Made by a program: the position numbers and the translations under genes
Source of the DNA: an uncultured Actinomyces sp.
GTDB lineage: Bacteria > Actinomycetota > Actinomycetes > Actinomycetales > Actinomycetaceae
NCBI GenBank assembly: GCA_964345585.1
Contig: CAYFRT010000001.1
Location: forward strand, 23,309 to 87,308
Length of the DNA stretch: 64,000 nt
Direction of reading: 5' to 3'
Notes under the pieces: generated by a model
What the model saw: only the letters and a program-made list of their open reading frames with translations
What the model was told of the DNA's origin: nothing
Databases searched by the model: none
Shown: one piece after another, positions 28,565 to 39,351 of the stretch
How the letters are laid out: each line of letters opens with the position of its first letter
Numbering within the stretch: the first letter of the stretch is position 1

Positions 28565-31500
28565 ATGTCTGCCAAGAAGTCATTTGCTCATCTCCACAAC
28601 CACACCGAATATTCGATGTTGGATGGTGCCGCAAAAATCAAGCCGATGGTGGCTGAAGCGAAACGGTTAGGGCAACCCGCGCTGGGGATAACGGACCACG
28701 GTTACCTCTTTGGGGCTTACGAGTTCTACCGCGAATGCGTCGATGCCGGCATCAAACCCGTCATTGGTTTGGAGGCATACGTGACCCCAGGGACGTCACG
28801 GTTTGACCGAACCCGGGTGCGGTGGGGTGAGCCGTGGCAAGCCAAGGATGACGTGTCTGCGCGTGGCGCCTATAACCACCTCACGTTGGTCGCGGAGACC
28901 ACTGAGGGCATGCACAACCTGTTCCGCATGGGAACCGCCGCCTCCATTGATGGGCAGATGGGGAAGTGGCCGCGGGTTGACCGCGACTTGTTGGAGCAGT
29001 ACCACGAGGGCTTGTTTGTGTTCACTGGTTGCCCCTCGGGCGCAGTGCAAACTCGAATGCGCCTGGGGCAGTGGGATGAGGCGGTGAAAGAGGCCGCGGA
29101 GCTTCAGGACATCTTCGGCAAAGACAACTTTTATGTTGAGCTCATGGACCATGGGGCAGAAATCGAGAAAGTGGTTGCCGCCGATCTCCCACGGCTAGCG
29201 AAACTGCTGGACGCACCCATGGTGGTCACCAACGACTCCCACTACGTGCTTGAGGAGGATGCGAAGACTCAGGAGGCGCTTCTGGCGATCAACTCGAACG
29301 CCCGCCTCGATGAACCACCCATACATGAAGGTGGCACGCGTTTCACTTTCGAAGGCCACAGCTACCACATTCGTTCCACAGAGGACATGTACAACGTGTG
29401 GGAGCGGGACCATGAAGACGCTTTGCGAGCCACATTAGAAATCGCAGAACGCTCAAACGTTCACTTCCGGACGACTCGTGACGGGGCGAACTTCATGCCG
29501 CGTTACCCAACCCCGGAAGGTGAAGACGAAAATTCCTGGTTCATAAAGGAAGTGGAACGTGGCCTTAGAGCCCGTTTCGGCGCGAACGTGCCAGCTCACG
29601 TGCGGGACCGCGCAGAGTTTGAAGAAAAAGTCATCCTCGACATGGGGTTCCCAGGCTATTTCTTGGTGGTGGCGGACTTCATCAACTGGGCTAAACAACA
29701 GGGAATCCGGGTTGGGCCGGGCCGCGGATCAGGGGCCGGGTCCATGGTTGCTTACGCGATGGGAATCACCGAACTCAACCCCATCGAACACGGCCTGCTG
29801 TTTGAGAGGTTCTTGAACCCCGAACGTGTTTCAATGCCTGACTTTGACGTTGACTTTGATGAGCGTAGGCGCGACGAGGTTATTGACTATGTGAAGGCAA
29901 AGTACGGCGACGACCGTGTCGCCCAAGTTGTCACCTACGGAAAGATTAAGTCCAAGCAGGCGCTGAGGGACTCGGCCCGCATCATGAGTCGCGATTTCAA
30001 GACCAGCGACGAGCTCACGAAAGCTTTGCCCCCCGATCTCATGGGCAAACCGATGCCACTGTCGGGAATCTTTGATGAATCGCATCCCCGATACAAGGAG
30101 GCTGCAGAGTTCAGGAAACTCTTCCAAGAACGCGAAGATCTGCACGACGTGATCGGTATGGCTCAACGACTGGAGGGTTTGACACGCCAGTGGGGGGTTC
30201 ACGCCTGCGCGGTGATTATGTCCAGCGAATCCCTGGTTGATTCGATCCCGCTAATGCTGCGACCTCAAGACGGTGCGATCATCACCCAGTTCGAGTACGC
30301 GGTGTGTGAGGAACTTGGCCTTTTGAAGATGGACTTCCTTGGCCTAAGGAACCTAACGGTCATCACGGACGCGCTTGAGAACATTCGGTTGCGCGGAAAA
30401 GAAGTCCCACAGATTGACGCCACGGCCATGGACGACCCTGAGACCTACAAGCTGATGAGCCGGGGCGAAACCCTGGGCGTATTCCAGTTGGAAGGCTCAG
30501 GAATGCGCGAAGTTCTGCGTCTGATGCAACCGGACAACTTTGAGGACATTTCTGCTGTCTCCGCCCTGTACCGGCCGGGCCCGATGGGGGCTGGTTCTCA
30601 CACGAACTATGCGCTCCGTAAAACGGGGCGACAGCCGATCACCCCGATCCATCCGGAGTTGGAGAAGCCCCTGGAGGAGATCCTCGGCCCCACCTATGGG
30701 CTGATTGTTTACCAAGAACAAGTCATGCAGATTGCCCAGAAGGTTGCGGGCTACACGCTTGGACAGGCGGATATGCTCCGCCGCGCCATGGGCAAAAAGA
30801 AGAAGGAAATCCTGGACAAGGAGTTCGAACCTTTCAAGAAGGGAATGCTTGAGAGGAACTACTCCGAGGGCGCGGTCAATGACCTGTGGGCCATCCTGGT
30901 GCCGTTTTCTGACTATGCCTTCAACAAGTCTCACTCGGCCGCCTACGGAGTCGTTTCCTACTGGACCGCTTACCTGAAGGTTCACTACCCGGCCGAATAC
31001 ATGGCGGCACTTCTGACGTCCACAGCGGGAAACACAGACAAGCGTGCGCTCTACCTGGCTGAGTGTCGTCACATGGGTATCGAAGTTCAAAGACCGGACG
31101 TCAACCTGTCCTACGGCCCGTTCACAGCTGATGAGCAGGGAGTCCGTTTCGGACTATCGTCGATCCGTAACGTCGGCGTGAACGTGGTCGATGGAATCGT
31201 CAAGGCACGTCAGGAGAAGGGAGATTTCACTTCTTTCCAGGACTTCTTAGACAAGGTGCCCGAGGTGGTCTGTAACAAGCGCACCATGCAGTCCCTGATC
31301 CGCGCCGGCGCCTTTGACGGTTTCGGGCACAGCCGCAGAGCCTTGTCGGTGCGAAGCGATGACGCGGTTGATTCTGTCCTCGGACTGAAACGGAACGAAG
31401 CAAGCGGACAATACGATTTGTTTGCGGGTCTGGGTGGGGTTGACTCTCCTTCCTCGTTCTCCATTGATATTCCGAACATTCCTGATTGGGACCGGCGCGA

Positions 31501-32122
31501 AAAGCTGGCACTCGAACGCGAAATGCTGGGCCTCTACGTCTCAGACCACCCTCTTCGTGGTGGGGAGCGTGCGTTGGCGCGGCACCAGGACATTCAGATT
31601 GGGGCCATCAAAGAAGACCCGCAACGTTTCGACAATAAGCGGGTGAAGATTGCCGGCCTGGTGACAAAACTTGACACGAAGATCAACCGGCAGGGTGCGC
31701 CCTGGGCGATCGCGACCATTGAGGACTTCTCCGGTTCGATCGAAGTGTTCTTCTTCCCCAGGCAGTACGAGAAGATGCAGGAGATCGTCAAAGGCGACCG
31801 AGTCGTTCAAGTTGTCGGGCGTGTTGGAATACGCGATGATGCAGTCTCCGTTACCGGGCAGCATGCAGAAGAGATCCAGATCCACGACCGTTCTGATCTG
31901 CCCCTTGAAATCATGCTGGATGCTTCCCAGTGCAAGCCAAGAACGTTGCGGGAGATCAGGGAGATGCTTGTGGCGCATTCCGGGCCAACACGGGTGCGTG
32001 TGAAAGTAAAAGACCAGCTGCGTTCCACCACCATTGACTTGGGGGAGGAGTTAAGCGTGGATGTAACGTCTTCCCTTTACGCCGAACTGAAAGGGCTGTT
32101 GGGGAGCCAAGCAGTCAAGTAA
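28565..32122 (+). CDS. dnaE: DNA polymerase III alpha subunit (DnaE1)
   Basis: About 1185 aa. PHP domain FAHLHNHTEYSMLDGA. Collinear with mycobacterial DnaE1 as I remember it (GFPGYFLVVADFI, PDFDVDF, GVHACAVIMS, LLKMDFLGLRNLT, an OB fold and the C-terminus). The start could also be 28532 or 28553. Confidence 0.97.
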   Translation: MSAKKSFAHLHNHTEYSMLDGAAKIKPMVAEAKRLGQPALGITDHGYLFGAYEFYRECVDAGIKPVIGLEAYVTPGTSRFDRTRVRWGEPWQAKDDVSARGAYNHLTLVAETTEGMHNLFRMGTAASIDGQMGKWPRVDRDLLEQYHEGLFVFTGCPSGAVQTRMRLGQWDEAVKEAAELQDIFGKDNFYVELMDHGAEIEKVVAADLPRLAKLLDAPMVVTNDSHYVLEEDAKTQEALLAINSNARLDEPPIHEGGTRFTFEGHSYHIRSTEDMYNVWERDHEDALRATLEIAERSNVHFRTTRDGANFMPRYPTPEGEDENSWFIKEVERGLRARFGANVPAHVRDRAEFEEKVILDMGFPGYFLVVADFINWAKQQGIRVGPGRGSGAGSMVAYAMGITELNPIEHGLLFERFLNPERVSMPDFDVDFDERRRDEVIDYVKAKYGDDRVAQVVTYGKIKSKQALRDSARIMSRDFKTSDELTKALPPDLMGKPMPLSGIFDESHPRYKEAAEFRKLFQEREDLHDVIGMAQRLEGLTRQWGVHACAVIMSSESLVDSIPLMLRPQDGAIITQFEYAVCEELGLLKMDFLGLRNLTVITDALENIRLRGKEVPQIDATAMDDPETYKLMSRGETLGVFQLEGSGMREVLRLMQPDNFEDISAVSALYRPGPMGAGSHTNYALRKTGRQPITPIHPELEKPLEEILGPTYGLIVYQEQVMQIAQKVAGYTLGQADMLRRAMGKKKKEILDKEFEPFKKGMLERNYSEGAVNDLWAILVPFSDYAFNKSHSAAYGVVSYWTAYLKVHYPAEYMAALLTSTAGNTDKRALYLAECRHMGIEVQRPDVNLSYGPFTADEQGVRFGLSSIRNVGVNVVDGIVKARQEKGDFTSFQDFLDKVPEVVCNKRTMQSLIRAGAFDGFGHSRRALSVRSDDAVDSVLGLKRNEASGQYDLFAGLGGVDSPSSFSIDIPNIPDWDRREKLALEREMLGLYVSDHPLRGGERALARHQDIQIGAIKEDPQRFDNKRVKIAGLVTKLDTKINRQGAPWAIATIEDFSGSIEVFFFPRQYEKMQEIVKGDRVVQVVGRVGIRDDAVSVTGQHAEEIQIHDRSDLPLEIMLDASQCKPRTLREIREMLVAHSGPTRVRVKVKDQLRSTTIDLGEELSVDVTSSLYAELKGLLGSQAVK

Positions 32123-32236
32123 TGGTCCTGCAGGTGGCGGGGTGTTTTGACCGGGGGCTGTCAAGCGGGGCGGGGCAGCCGGTCACGTTGCGGTCGAAAC
32201 CCCGAAAACTGCGATGAGCCTTCTAGGATTGTGGCC

Positions 32237-34735
32237 GTGAGGATTCTGGATTTGCGTGGCGCTGACAGCAAGGATGCAGCGAAAGCCTTGCCGCGGCCCA
32301 AGGTCGATATTTCTGCTGCTCTAAAGGTCGTGGAACCAATCATGGAGCAGGTGCGCACCGAGGGTTCGGTGGCGCTCCACCAGTTGGATCTCCGCTTTGA
32401 TGGGGTGGACCCGAAATCTTTGCGGGTGCCGCAAAGCGCGTTGGATGCGGCGCTGGCGGCCCAGCCCCCGGAACTGACCGCCGCGTTGGAGGTCTCCATC
32501 CGCAACGCACGTGTTGGCCACGAAGCTCAAGTCCCCACTGAAACTGTCACAGAGGTGGTGCCAGGCGGTTTCATTTACCAGCGTTGGGTGCCGATCAATC
32601 GTGTCGGACTCTACGTGCCGGGCGGTTTGGCCGTGTATCCCTCCTCGGTCGTAATGAACGTCATTCCCGCCTTGGTTGCGGGCGTGGACTCGCTGGTTGT
32701 TGCCAGCCCTCCCCAGAAAGAATTTGGGGGACTTCCTCACCCAACCATCCTCGCGGCCTGCGCGATGCTTGGGGTCAAAGAGGTCATCGCCGTAGGGGGA
32801 GCGCAGGCAATAGCGGCCATGGCGTACGGTTTCACCGAAGGGGACTACACCTGTCAGCCCGTCGACAAAGTAACCGGGCCCGGCAACATTTATGTTGCAG
32901 CGGCTAAACGCGCCGTGCAAGGAGTGTGCGGCATTGACTCCGAAGCGGGCACGACAGAGATCGCTATCCTGGCTGACGCCACAGCGAACCCCGATTTCGT
33001 CGCAGCCGACCTGATCTCACAGGCAGAGCATGATCCCGCTGCCGCCGCTGTCCTCGTAACCGACTCGGAAGACTTGGCGGCTCGCGTTGCCAAGTCCTTG
33101 GAATCTCAAGTTGCGAACGCCCCGCACAAGGAACGTATCGGTCAGGCCCTCGCCGGCCCCCAGTCCGCGATCGTGCTGGCTGAGGACCTGGACCAGGCAA
33201 CCCAGATCGTTGAGGCCTACGGCCCCGAACACCTTGAAGTTGTGACGGCAGATGCTCTGGCGCGAAGCATGAGCATCAAGAACGCGGGGGCGATTTTCGT
33301 TGGTGACTATGCGCCCGTGCCGCTAGGAGACTACGTCTCGGGTTCCAACCACGTTCTTCCCACGGGCGGAACGTCACGGTTTTCTTCCGGATTAAACACG
33401 ACGACTTTCCTGCGAAGCGTAGAGGTCATTGACTATTCCAGGGAGGCGTTGGACTCGGTCACAGATCCGTTGGTCACGTTGGCTGAGGCTGAGGGGCTGC
33501 CCTCGCACGGTGCCGCCGCGAAACTACGCCGCGAGCATAACGTTCTCAAAGAGGGGGACGAGGGCGAAAGCATTTCCCTCCCCGTGCGCGAAGACCTTCG
33601 GCAGGTGGAACCCTACGGTGCTCCCCAGTTGGACGTGCCGGTGAGGTTGAATGTGAACGAAAACCCGCATGCACCCTCCGACTCGGTTGTGAACGCAATC
33701 GGGGAGGCTGCTCGCAACGCGGCTTCACGGCTGAACAGGTACGCGGACCGCGACGCCTACGAACTGCGGGCGGCACTGGCCAAGTATGTTTCCGAGGAAA
33801 CCGGCGTAGACGTGCACACCGATCAAGTGTGGGCCGCGAACGGATCCAACGAAATCATGATCCAGTTGCTCCAAGCGTTCGGAGGGCCGGGACGCATGGC
33901 GCTGGCGCTGTGGCCGACGTATTCCATGTACAAGGAGTATGCCCGCGACACCAACACGGGGTGGCTACTGGTAGGCGAGGACGATCCGGAAGGGGCAAGC
34001 GTAGACGCGTTGATCACTGCGATGCAGGAACACTGCCCCGCAGTGGTTTTCGTTCCCAGCCCCAACAACCCGACCGGGACCGCAGTACCGATTGAGGATC
34101 TGCAACGGATCTTAGATGCCGCCCGCTCAACCGGGCCGGTGCGCAGGTTCAACCTCCCCCCTGAAGGGGACAGCAGGCGCACTACGCCGCCACCTCCAGC
34201 CAGTGGAGCGCCGGCAACATTGGTGGTGGTGGACGAGGCGTACTCAGAGTTCCGCGACCCCGGCACCCCCTCGGCACTTGAACTCTTGGACGACAATCCG
34301 CACCTTGTGGTGACCCGAACAATGTCCAAAGCATTCGCTGCTGCAGGACTGCGGGTCGGATACATGGTGGCCTCGCCCAAAATACTCGAAGAGGTACTAA
34401 AGGTCCGCTTGCCCTACCACCTCTCTTTGCTCACTCAGGCGGCTGCGTTGGCAGCACTTGACCAGGCCGACGCGCAACTGGCGCAAGTACAACAGATACG
34501 CGAACGAAGAGAATATGTTGCGGGGCGGCTGCGAGAGATGGGCCTGAACGTGTTCCCCTCCGCGTCCAACTTCCTTCTCTTTGGCCCCTTTGAAAACCCC
34601 GAGGGCACTTGGCAGACCCTCCTGGATCAAGGCGTCCTCATCCGTCACGTGGGACCAGCGGGACATCTGCGCGTTACAGTTGGCACTGAGACGGAGAACG
34701 AACTTTTTCTTAGTGCGTTAGAGGAGACACTGTGA
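32237..34735 (+). CDS. hisD/hisC: Fused histidinol dehydrogenase / histidinol-phosphate aminotransferase (HisD-HisC in one reading frame)
   Basis: A single uninterrupted ORF. The N-terminal ~430 aa are HisD ([54 protein letters not shown]). After the linker [10 protein letters not shown] comes a full HisC ([61 protein letters not shown]). The GTG 32237 start has AGGA 8 nt upstream. Confidence 0.85.
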   Translation: MRILDLRGADSKDAAKALPRPKVDISAALKVVEPIMEQVRTEGSVALHQLDLRFDGVDPKSLRVPQSALDAALAAQPPELTAALEVSIRNARVGHEAQVPTETVTEVVPGGFIYQRWVPINRVGLYVPGGLAVYPSSVVMNVIPALVAGVDSLVVASPPQKEFGGLPHPTILAACAMLGVKEVIAVGGAQAIAAMAYGFTEGDYTCQPVDKVTGPGNIYVAAAKRAVQGVCGIDSEAGTTEIAILADATANPDFVAADLISQAEHDPAAAAVLVTDSEDLAARVAKSLESQVANAPHKERIGQALAGPQSAIVLAEDLDQATQIVEAYGPEHLEVVTADALARSMSIKNAGAIFVGDYAPVPLGDYVSGSNHVLPTGGTSRFSSGLNTTTFLRSVEVIDYSREALDSVTDPLVTLAEAEGLPSHGAAAKLRREHNVLKEGDEGESISLPVREDLRQVEPYGAPQLDVPVRLNVNENPHAPSDSVVNAIGEAARNAASRLNRYADRDAYELRAALAKYVSEETGVDVHTDQVWAANGSNEIMIQLLQAFGGPGRMALALWPTYSMYKEYARDTNTGWLLVGEDDPEGASVDALITAMQEHCPAVVFVPSPNNPTGTAVPIEDLQRILDAARSTGPVRRFNLPPEGDSRRTTPPPPASGAPATLVVVDEAYSEFRDPGTPSALELLDDNPHLVVTRTMSKAFAAAGLRVGYMVASPKILEEVLKVRLPYHLSLLTQAAALAALDQADAQLAQVQQIRERREYVAGRLREMGLNVFPSASNFLLFGPFENPEGTWQTLLDQGVLIRHVGPAGHLRVTVGTETENELFLSALEETL

Positions 34736-35340
34736 GACACGAAGATCGCATCGAAACCGTTGAGCGGAAGACCAGCGAGTCAAACGTCACCGTAACAATC
34801 AACCTGGATGGCACGGGAAAATCCAACATTGACACGGGGGTGCCGTTCTACGATCACATGCTCACAGCGCTGTCGAAGCACTCCCTGATCGACCTTGACA
34901 TCAAGGCCGAAGGAGACATCGAAGTCGACGCCCACCACACTGTTGAAGACGTGGCGATCACGCTGGGACAAGCGTTTGTGGGAGCGCTGGGAACCAAGGC
35001 TGGCATCAGGCGATACGGCGTTGGCTTCGCGCCTCTTGACGAATCCCTAGCGCGTGCGGTTGTCGACATCTCCGGACGCCCATACGCGGTCATTACCGGC
35101 GAACCTGAAGAGCAGAACTGGCAAATCATCGGCGGACACTTCCCGGCCACTCTTACCAAACACGTTTTTGAATCTTTCGCCTCCAACGCCGACATTTGCC
35201 TGCACGTAACTCTTCTCTACGGCCGCGACCCCCACCACATCGTTGAATCTCAGTTCAAGGCCCTGGCGTTGGCACTTCGAGAAGCAGTTGCCAGGGATCC
35301 TCGAGTCGAAGGCATTCCCTCCACAAAGGGGCAGCTGTGA
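34732..35340 (+). CDS. hisB: Imidazoleglycerol-phosphate dehydratase
   Basis: 202 aa. [33 protein letters not shown] and [10 protein letters not shown] motifs. Overlaps the hisDC stop. Confidence 0.95.
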   Translation: MRHEDRIETVERKTSESNVTVTINLDGTGKSNIDTGVPFYDHMLTALSKHSLIDLDIKAEGDIEVDAHHTVEDVAITLGQAFVGALGTKAGIRRYGVGFAPLDESLARAVVDISGRPYAVITGEPEEQNWQIIGGHFPATLTKHVFESFASNADICLHVTLLYGRDPHHIVESQFKALALALREAVARDPRVEGIPSTKGQL

Positions 35341-35942
35341 GAGACCCGAAGGAACCCCAGCCCGGAGATATCGAGCCTTCAGAAGACCCCCTGGGTGACA
35401 TCGACGCCGAGTTCCGGCAGATTATGGAGGCAGAGAACCTGGTTCCTCAAGGTCGCTGCATCGCAGTGATCCTTTCACCAGTTGACTCCGCTGCCGCGCT
35501 GTCCGCTGCCCTGAACATGGTGGGGGCATCTGCGGAGGTGGTCCCGGCTTCTCGGGGTTCCGCCGTCTACATGGATGTTCCGCAAGAAGGGGCAGAGGAC
35601 GACGAGGAAGCCTCCATGGCCGCCCTCCTGGGCGACGACCGACCGCTGCCAAAGCAAGTGGTGAAAATGGCAGAGTTGGTTTCTAAACTTGCCAAAGGTG
35701 GGGCTGTTGCTTTGACCTCGTGGACCTCCGACAGTGATGCGGGACTGGTCGGGAACATCGTCGCGAGAAGATTCGTGAACGGTAAAGCAGAAGAGTCTCT
35801 GCCTTCGGGGCTTGTACTCGCCCGTCTTGACTTAGGGATTGAGGACCTACTCCTTGGTCGACTAACCCCGGCCGAGGTGAGAGACTCCTACGGCAAAGGA
35901 CGCTGGACCGGATGGTTACGCGGCCCCGGATTCCGCGGCTGA
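35337..35942 (+). CDS. Hypothetical acidic protein, translationally coupled to hisB
   Basis: 201 aa. GTG start in a GTGA overlap with the hisB stop. I recognise no motif. It occupies the slot where hisH sits in many actinobacterial his operons. Confidence 0.5.
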   Translation: MRDPKEPQPGDIEPSEDPLGDIDAEFRQIMEAENLVPQGRCIAVILSPVDSAAALSAALNMVGASAEVVPASRGSAVYMDVPQEGAEDDEEASMAALLGDDRPLPKQVVKMAELVSKLAKGGAVALTSWTSDSDAGLVGNIVARRFVNGKAEESLPSGLVLARLDLGIEDLLLGRLTPAEVRDSYGKGRWTGWLRGPGFRG

Positions 35943-36046
35943 ACCGCCCAGAAAGCACCAGCCGTAACTACGCGATCACCGCTCACGCGGCCTCGCCACC
36001 TGAAGACCGAATGCGATTGTAAAAGAAACGAATCCTGGGAGGTTCA

Positions 36047-36817
36047 ATGCTCACCTTGCTTCCGGCCATTGACGTTGTCGACGGGAAAGCCGTCCGCTTA
36101 CAACAGGGACAGGCGGGTACCGAAACCGAATACGGTGATCCCCGCGAAATTGCGAAACAGTTCGAGGCCGCGGGAGTTTCCTGGATTCACCTGGTGGACC
36201 TGGACGCCGCATTCGGCCGAGGCGACAACACCGACATGCTTGCAAACCTGATCGCTGAATCCGAGGTGCAGATCGAACTGTCGGGAGGGATCCGCGGCGA
36301 AGACTCACTTCTGCGGGCGCTTGACCTTGGTGCGTCACGGGTGAACTTGGGGACCGCTGCCCTTGAGGATCCCGAGTGGACCGAATCCGCTATCCAACGT
36401 TTCGGGGACAAAATCGCCGTAGGACTGGATGTTCGTGGAGACACGCTTGCGGCCCGCGGTTGGGTCAAAGAGGGCGGTAACTTGTGGGACGTGTTGGTGC
36501 GCCTCAACATGGCGGGTTGCGCCCGGTATGTTGTGACCGACGTGCAACGTGACGGGATGCTCAACGGCCCCAACCTGGATCTTCTGGAGCGCGTCTGTTC
36601 CCGCACGGATGCGCCGATCATCGCTTCCGGTGGGGTCTCTTCTCTCAAGGACCTAGCAGCCCTGCGCACGCTAACTCCCATCGGGGTTGAAGGGGCGATC
36701 ACGGGCAAGGCTTTATATGCTGGTGCCTTCACGCTTGAACAAGCACTGGTGGTTGCGGAGGGTCCTGCCGATGAGGCCACGGCGCTTCTGGAAAGTTTGG
36801 GCGAGGGCGAGGAGTGA
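36047..36817 (+). CDS. hisA: ProFAR isomerase HisA (actinobacterial PriA type, possibly HisA/TrpF bifunctional)
   Basis: 256 aa. [46 protein letters not shown] and [11 protein letters not shown]. Confidence 0.9.
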   Translation: MLTLLPAIDVVDGKAVRLQQGQAGTETEYGDPREIAKQFEAAGVSWIHLVDLDAAFGRGDNTDMLANLIAESEVQIELSGGIRGEDSLLRALDLGASRVNLGTAALEDPEWTESAIQRFGDKIAVGLDVRGDTLAARGWVKEGGNLWDVLVRLNMAGCARYVVTDVQRDGMLNGPNLDLLERVCSRTDAPIIASGGVSSLKDLAALRTLTPIGVEGAITGKALYAGAFTLEQALVVAEGPADEATALLESLGEGEE

Positions 36818-36835
36818 ACGAGGGGTAAGCCGCAA

Positions 36836-37672
36836 ATGAGCCAACACCCAATTCCCCAGGAACTAACCGAAAATCAGCGGGCGAAATGGGCCCAACGACT
36901 CCGGATGCCTAACCCTGACCACTCAGACGTTGGCCAGGAGCTGCCTCTAACAGGCCAGGCTCTGAATACAAAAGTGCAATCAGGAAAAGAAGCCGCGTCC
37001 AAAGTGGTTGCTTTGGTTCGGGCGCTGGGGCAGGAGCGCCTGGTTGTCGCGGTCCCGGTGGAAGCACACCCGGAATCGCCCGACCACGCACCGGTGGACC
37101 TTGGCGGTGCAACGCCACCACCGTTGAACCTGGTCGAAGGGCCAGTCGAAGGGCCACGTGGAGCGAACGTTGCCGCTTTTTCTTCCGCAGCAGAACTGGC
37201 TTCTTACGACCCCAGTGCCCGACCGATGACGATGAGCGCTCAGCAGGTTGCTGTTATCGCAGGCCTGTCGCAGGGCTCAGGGGGCATCGTGGTGAATCCG
37301 GGGAGCGAGAGGGAAACGATCATCCCTCGTTCCGCAGCCCTCGCATTGGCTGCGGCCGATCAGTGGTTGCCACCTTGGGAAGATAGAAATCTGACAGAGG
37401 AGCTTCTGCGTAACGCACGCGCCGTGTGCGGGGACGTGGTCGGGGTGAAGATTGAGCCCGTTGCCGGGGACTCTCAGACATGGGACGGGGCAATCCGAGT
37501 GGAGGTTCAGGTCGATATGGCGCAACATAGCGGTCACGGGGGTTCAACCTCCGATCCGGTCGGCCCTCGCAGACTTCTGGCCGCAGCCCTTCAGACGGTT
37601 ACGTCCAATGAGAGGTTGAAGGAGTCCTCGTCCCACATTGAAGTGGTGCCCATCCCCGTTTACGGCGTGTGA
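36836..37672 (+). CDS. Conserved hypothetical protein (possibly SseB-like)
   Basis: 278 aa. The segments (LVVAVP..; VAAFSSAAELASYDPSARPMTMSAQQV; GGIVVNPGSE..IIP) resemble the SseB family, which is often annotated next to infC in actinobacteria. This is from memory and is a weak call. Confidence 0.4.
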   Translation: MSQHPIPQELTENQRAKWAQRLRMPNPDHSDVGQELPLTGQALNTKVQSGKEAASKVVALVRALGQERLVVAVPVEAHPESPDHAPVDLGGATPPPLNLVEGPVEGPRGANVAAFSSAAELASYDPSARPMTMSAQQVAVIAGLSQGSGGIVVNPGSERETIIPRSAALALAAADQWLPPWEDRNLTEELLRNARAVCGDVVGVKIEPVAGDSQTWDGAIRVEVQVDMAQHSGHGGSTSDPVGPRRLLAAALQTVTSNERLKESSSHIEVVPIPVYGV

Positions 37673-37985
37673 TGGGCGTGTGAAACGCGGCGCTTGTGAG
37701 AGAAAGCACCGAGATGGGCGGTATCGGTTCGAAGATGGCGCCAAGGCACCTGCTAAGCTGATCTGCGACCGTGATAGGTGAAAACCTAGACGTAAGTGGA
37801 GGTAATCCCACCTGGGGGCCCACCGTTTCCACCAACCGACACGTTGGAACGTTGAAACGGGATCAAAGAAGGCTCCGGGTAGCCGCGACGCAAGTGTGCG
37901 TTGCGATGGACTGTCTCCGTGCGCGTCAAATGGGTACGGAGTTTTTTGTTGGCTCCGTTCCCAAAAGAGTTGGAAGGAGACCCCC

Positions 37986-38624
37986 ATCAGCGAACCTCGT
38001 GTTAATGATCGCATTCGCGTTCCGGAAGTAAGACTTGTTGGGCCTGCAGGCGAGCAGGTCGGCGTCGTGCGTGTCGAAGATGCGCTACGCGTGGCTCAGG
38101 AGGCCGGCCTTGATTTGGTCGAAGTCGCCCCTGACGCGCGCCCTCCGGTGGCGAAACTGATGGATTACGGGAAATACAAGTATGAGGCCGGGCAGAAGGC
38201 CCGGGATGCCAGGCGCAACCAGGCAAACACGCAGCTGAAGGAAATCCGTTTCCGCATCAAGATTGATGATCACGATTTCGACACTAAGACGGGTCACGTT
38301 CGCCGTTTCTTGATGCAGGGTGACAAGGTCAAAGTAATGATCATGTTCCGCGGACGCGAACAGCAACGTCCCGAAGCGGGCATCCGGCTGCTTCAGCGTG
38401 TCGCAGATGAGGTCAGCGAAATCTCCACTGTCGAATCGGTGCCACGCCAGGACGGGCGCAACATGACCATGGTGCTCGCACCGGTTAGGCGCAAGGCGGA
38501 AGCCATGGTGGACCAGCGCGAACGCCGCAGGGCTGAACGTGCAGCGCGACGCGCAAAGCACGAAGAGCGGGCAGCACGCGACGCGGACCGCACCGCACGC
38601 GCCCAAGCAGAACGTAACGATTAG
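37986..38624 (+). CDS. infC: Translation initiation factor IF-3, initiating at a non-canonical ATC
   Basis: The conserved IF-3 sequence begins at (I)[35 protein letters not shown] lies 6 nt upstream of ATC 37986. The in-frame upstream extension from GTG 37896 is Cys/Trp-rich and unlike any IF-3. Confidence 0.85.
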   Translation: MSEPRVNDRIRVPEVRLVGPAGEQVGVVRVEDALRVAQEAGLDLVEVAPDARPPVAKLMDYGKYKYEAGQKARDARRNQANTQLKEIRFRIKIDDHDFDTKTGHVRRFLMQGDKVKVMIMFRGREQQRPEAGIRLLQRVADEVSEISTVESVPRQDGRNMTMVLAPVRRKAEAMVDQRERRRAERAARRAKHEERAARDADRTARAQAERND

Positions 38625-38743
38625 AACTTCATGTAGGTGCTCGGTCGGGCTGGGGCGGAACTAAAACCGTTGCGTCCCATCCGACCCAGACCCCGCGGCA
38701 AGAGCGGGACACCAAGCAGGAAAACAGGAAATAAGGATAGAAA

Positions 38744-38938
38744 ATGCCGAAGAACAAGACCCATTCCGGCGCCAAGAAGCGGTTCCGTACAACTGGCTCC
38801 GGGAAGATCATGCGTGAGAGGGCCGGCAAGCGTCACCTCTTGGAGCACAAGTCTTCGCGTCGCACTCGTCGCCTAACCGGTGATGTTGAAGTGGCGCGCG
38901 CCGACCAGAGGGAAGTTCGTCGCTTGCTTGGCAAGTGA
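38744..38938 (+). CDS. rpmI: 50S ribosomal protein L35
   Basis: 64 aa. [22 protein letters not shown]. Confidence 0.97.
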   Translation: MPKNKTHSGAKKRFRTTGSGKIMRERAGKRHLLEHKSSRRTRRLTGDVEVARADQREVRRLLGK

Positions 38939-38967
38939 CGGCTCGGATTCGATAGGAGAAAAGCTTT

Positions 38968-39351
38968 ATGGCACGTGTCAAGCGTTCTGTTAACGCTAAG
39001 AAGAAGCGCCGCGCAATACTTGATCAGGCATCCGGCTACCGTGGGCAGCGTTCGCGTCTGTACCGCAAGGCCAAGGAGCAGGTCACACACTCGGAGGTCT
39101 ATTCCTACCGCGACCGCCGCAACAAGAAGAGGGATTTCCGTCGCCTTTGGATCCAGCGAATCAACGCTGGCGCCCGTGCGAATGGTCTGACCTACAACCG
39201 CTTCATCCAGGGACTGAACCTGGCCGGAGTGGAAGTGGACCGCAGGCTCCTCGCTGACCTGGCCGTCAACGACCCGAAGGCATTCGCCGCGCTGGTGGAG
39301 ACTGCGAAGAAGGCTCTACCTGAGGACGTCAACGCCCCCTCGGCTGCATGA
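38968..39351 (+). CDS. rplT: 50S ribosomal protein L20
   Basis: 127 aa. [31 protein letters not shown]. Confidence 0.97.
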   Translation: MARVKRSVNAKKKRRAILDQASGYRGQRSRLYRKAKEQVTHSEVYSYRDRRNKKRDFRRLWIQRINAGARANGLTYNRFIQGLNLAGVEVDRRLLADLAVNDPKAFAALVETAKKALPEDVNAPSAA

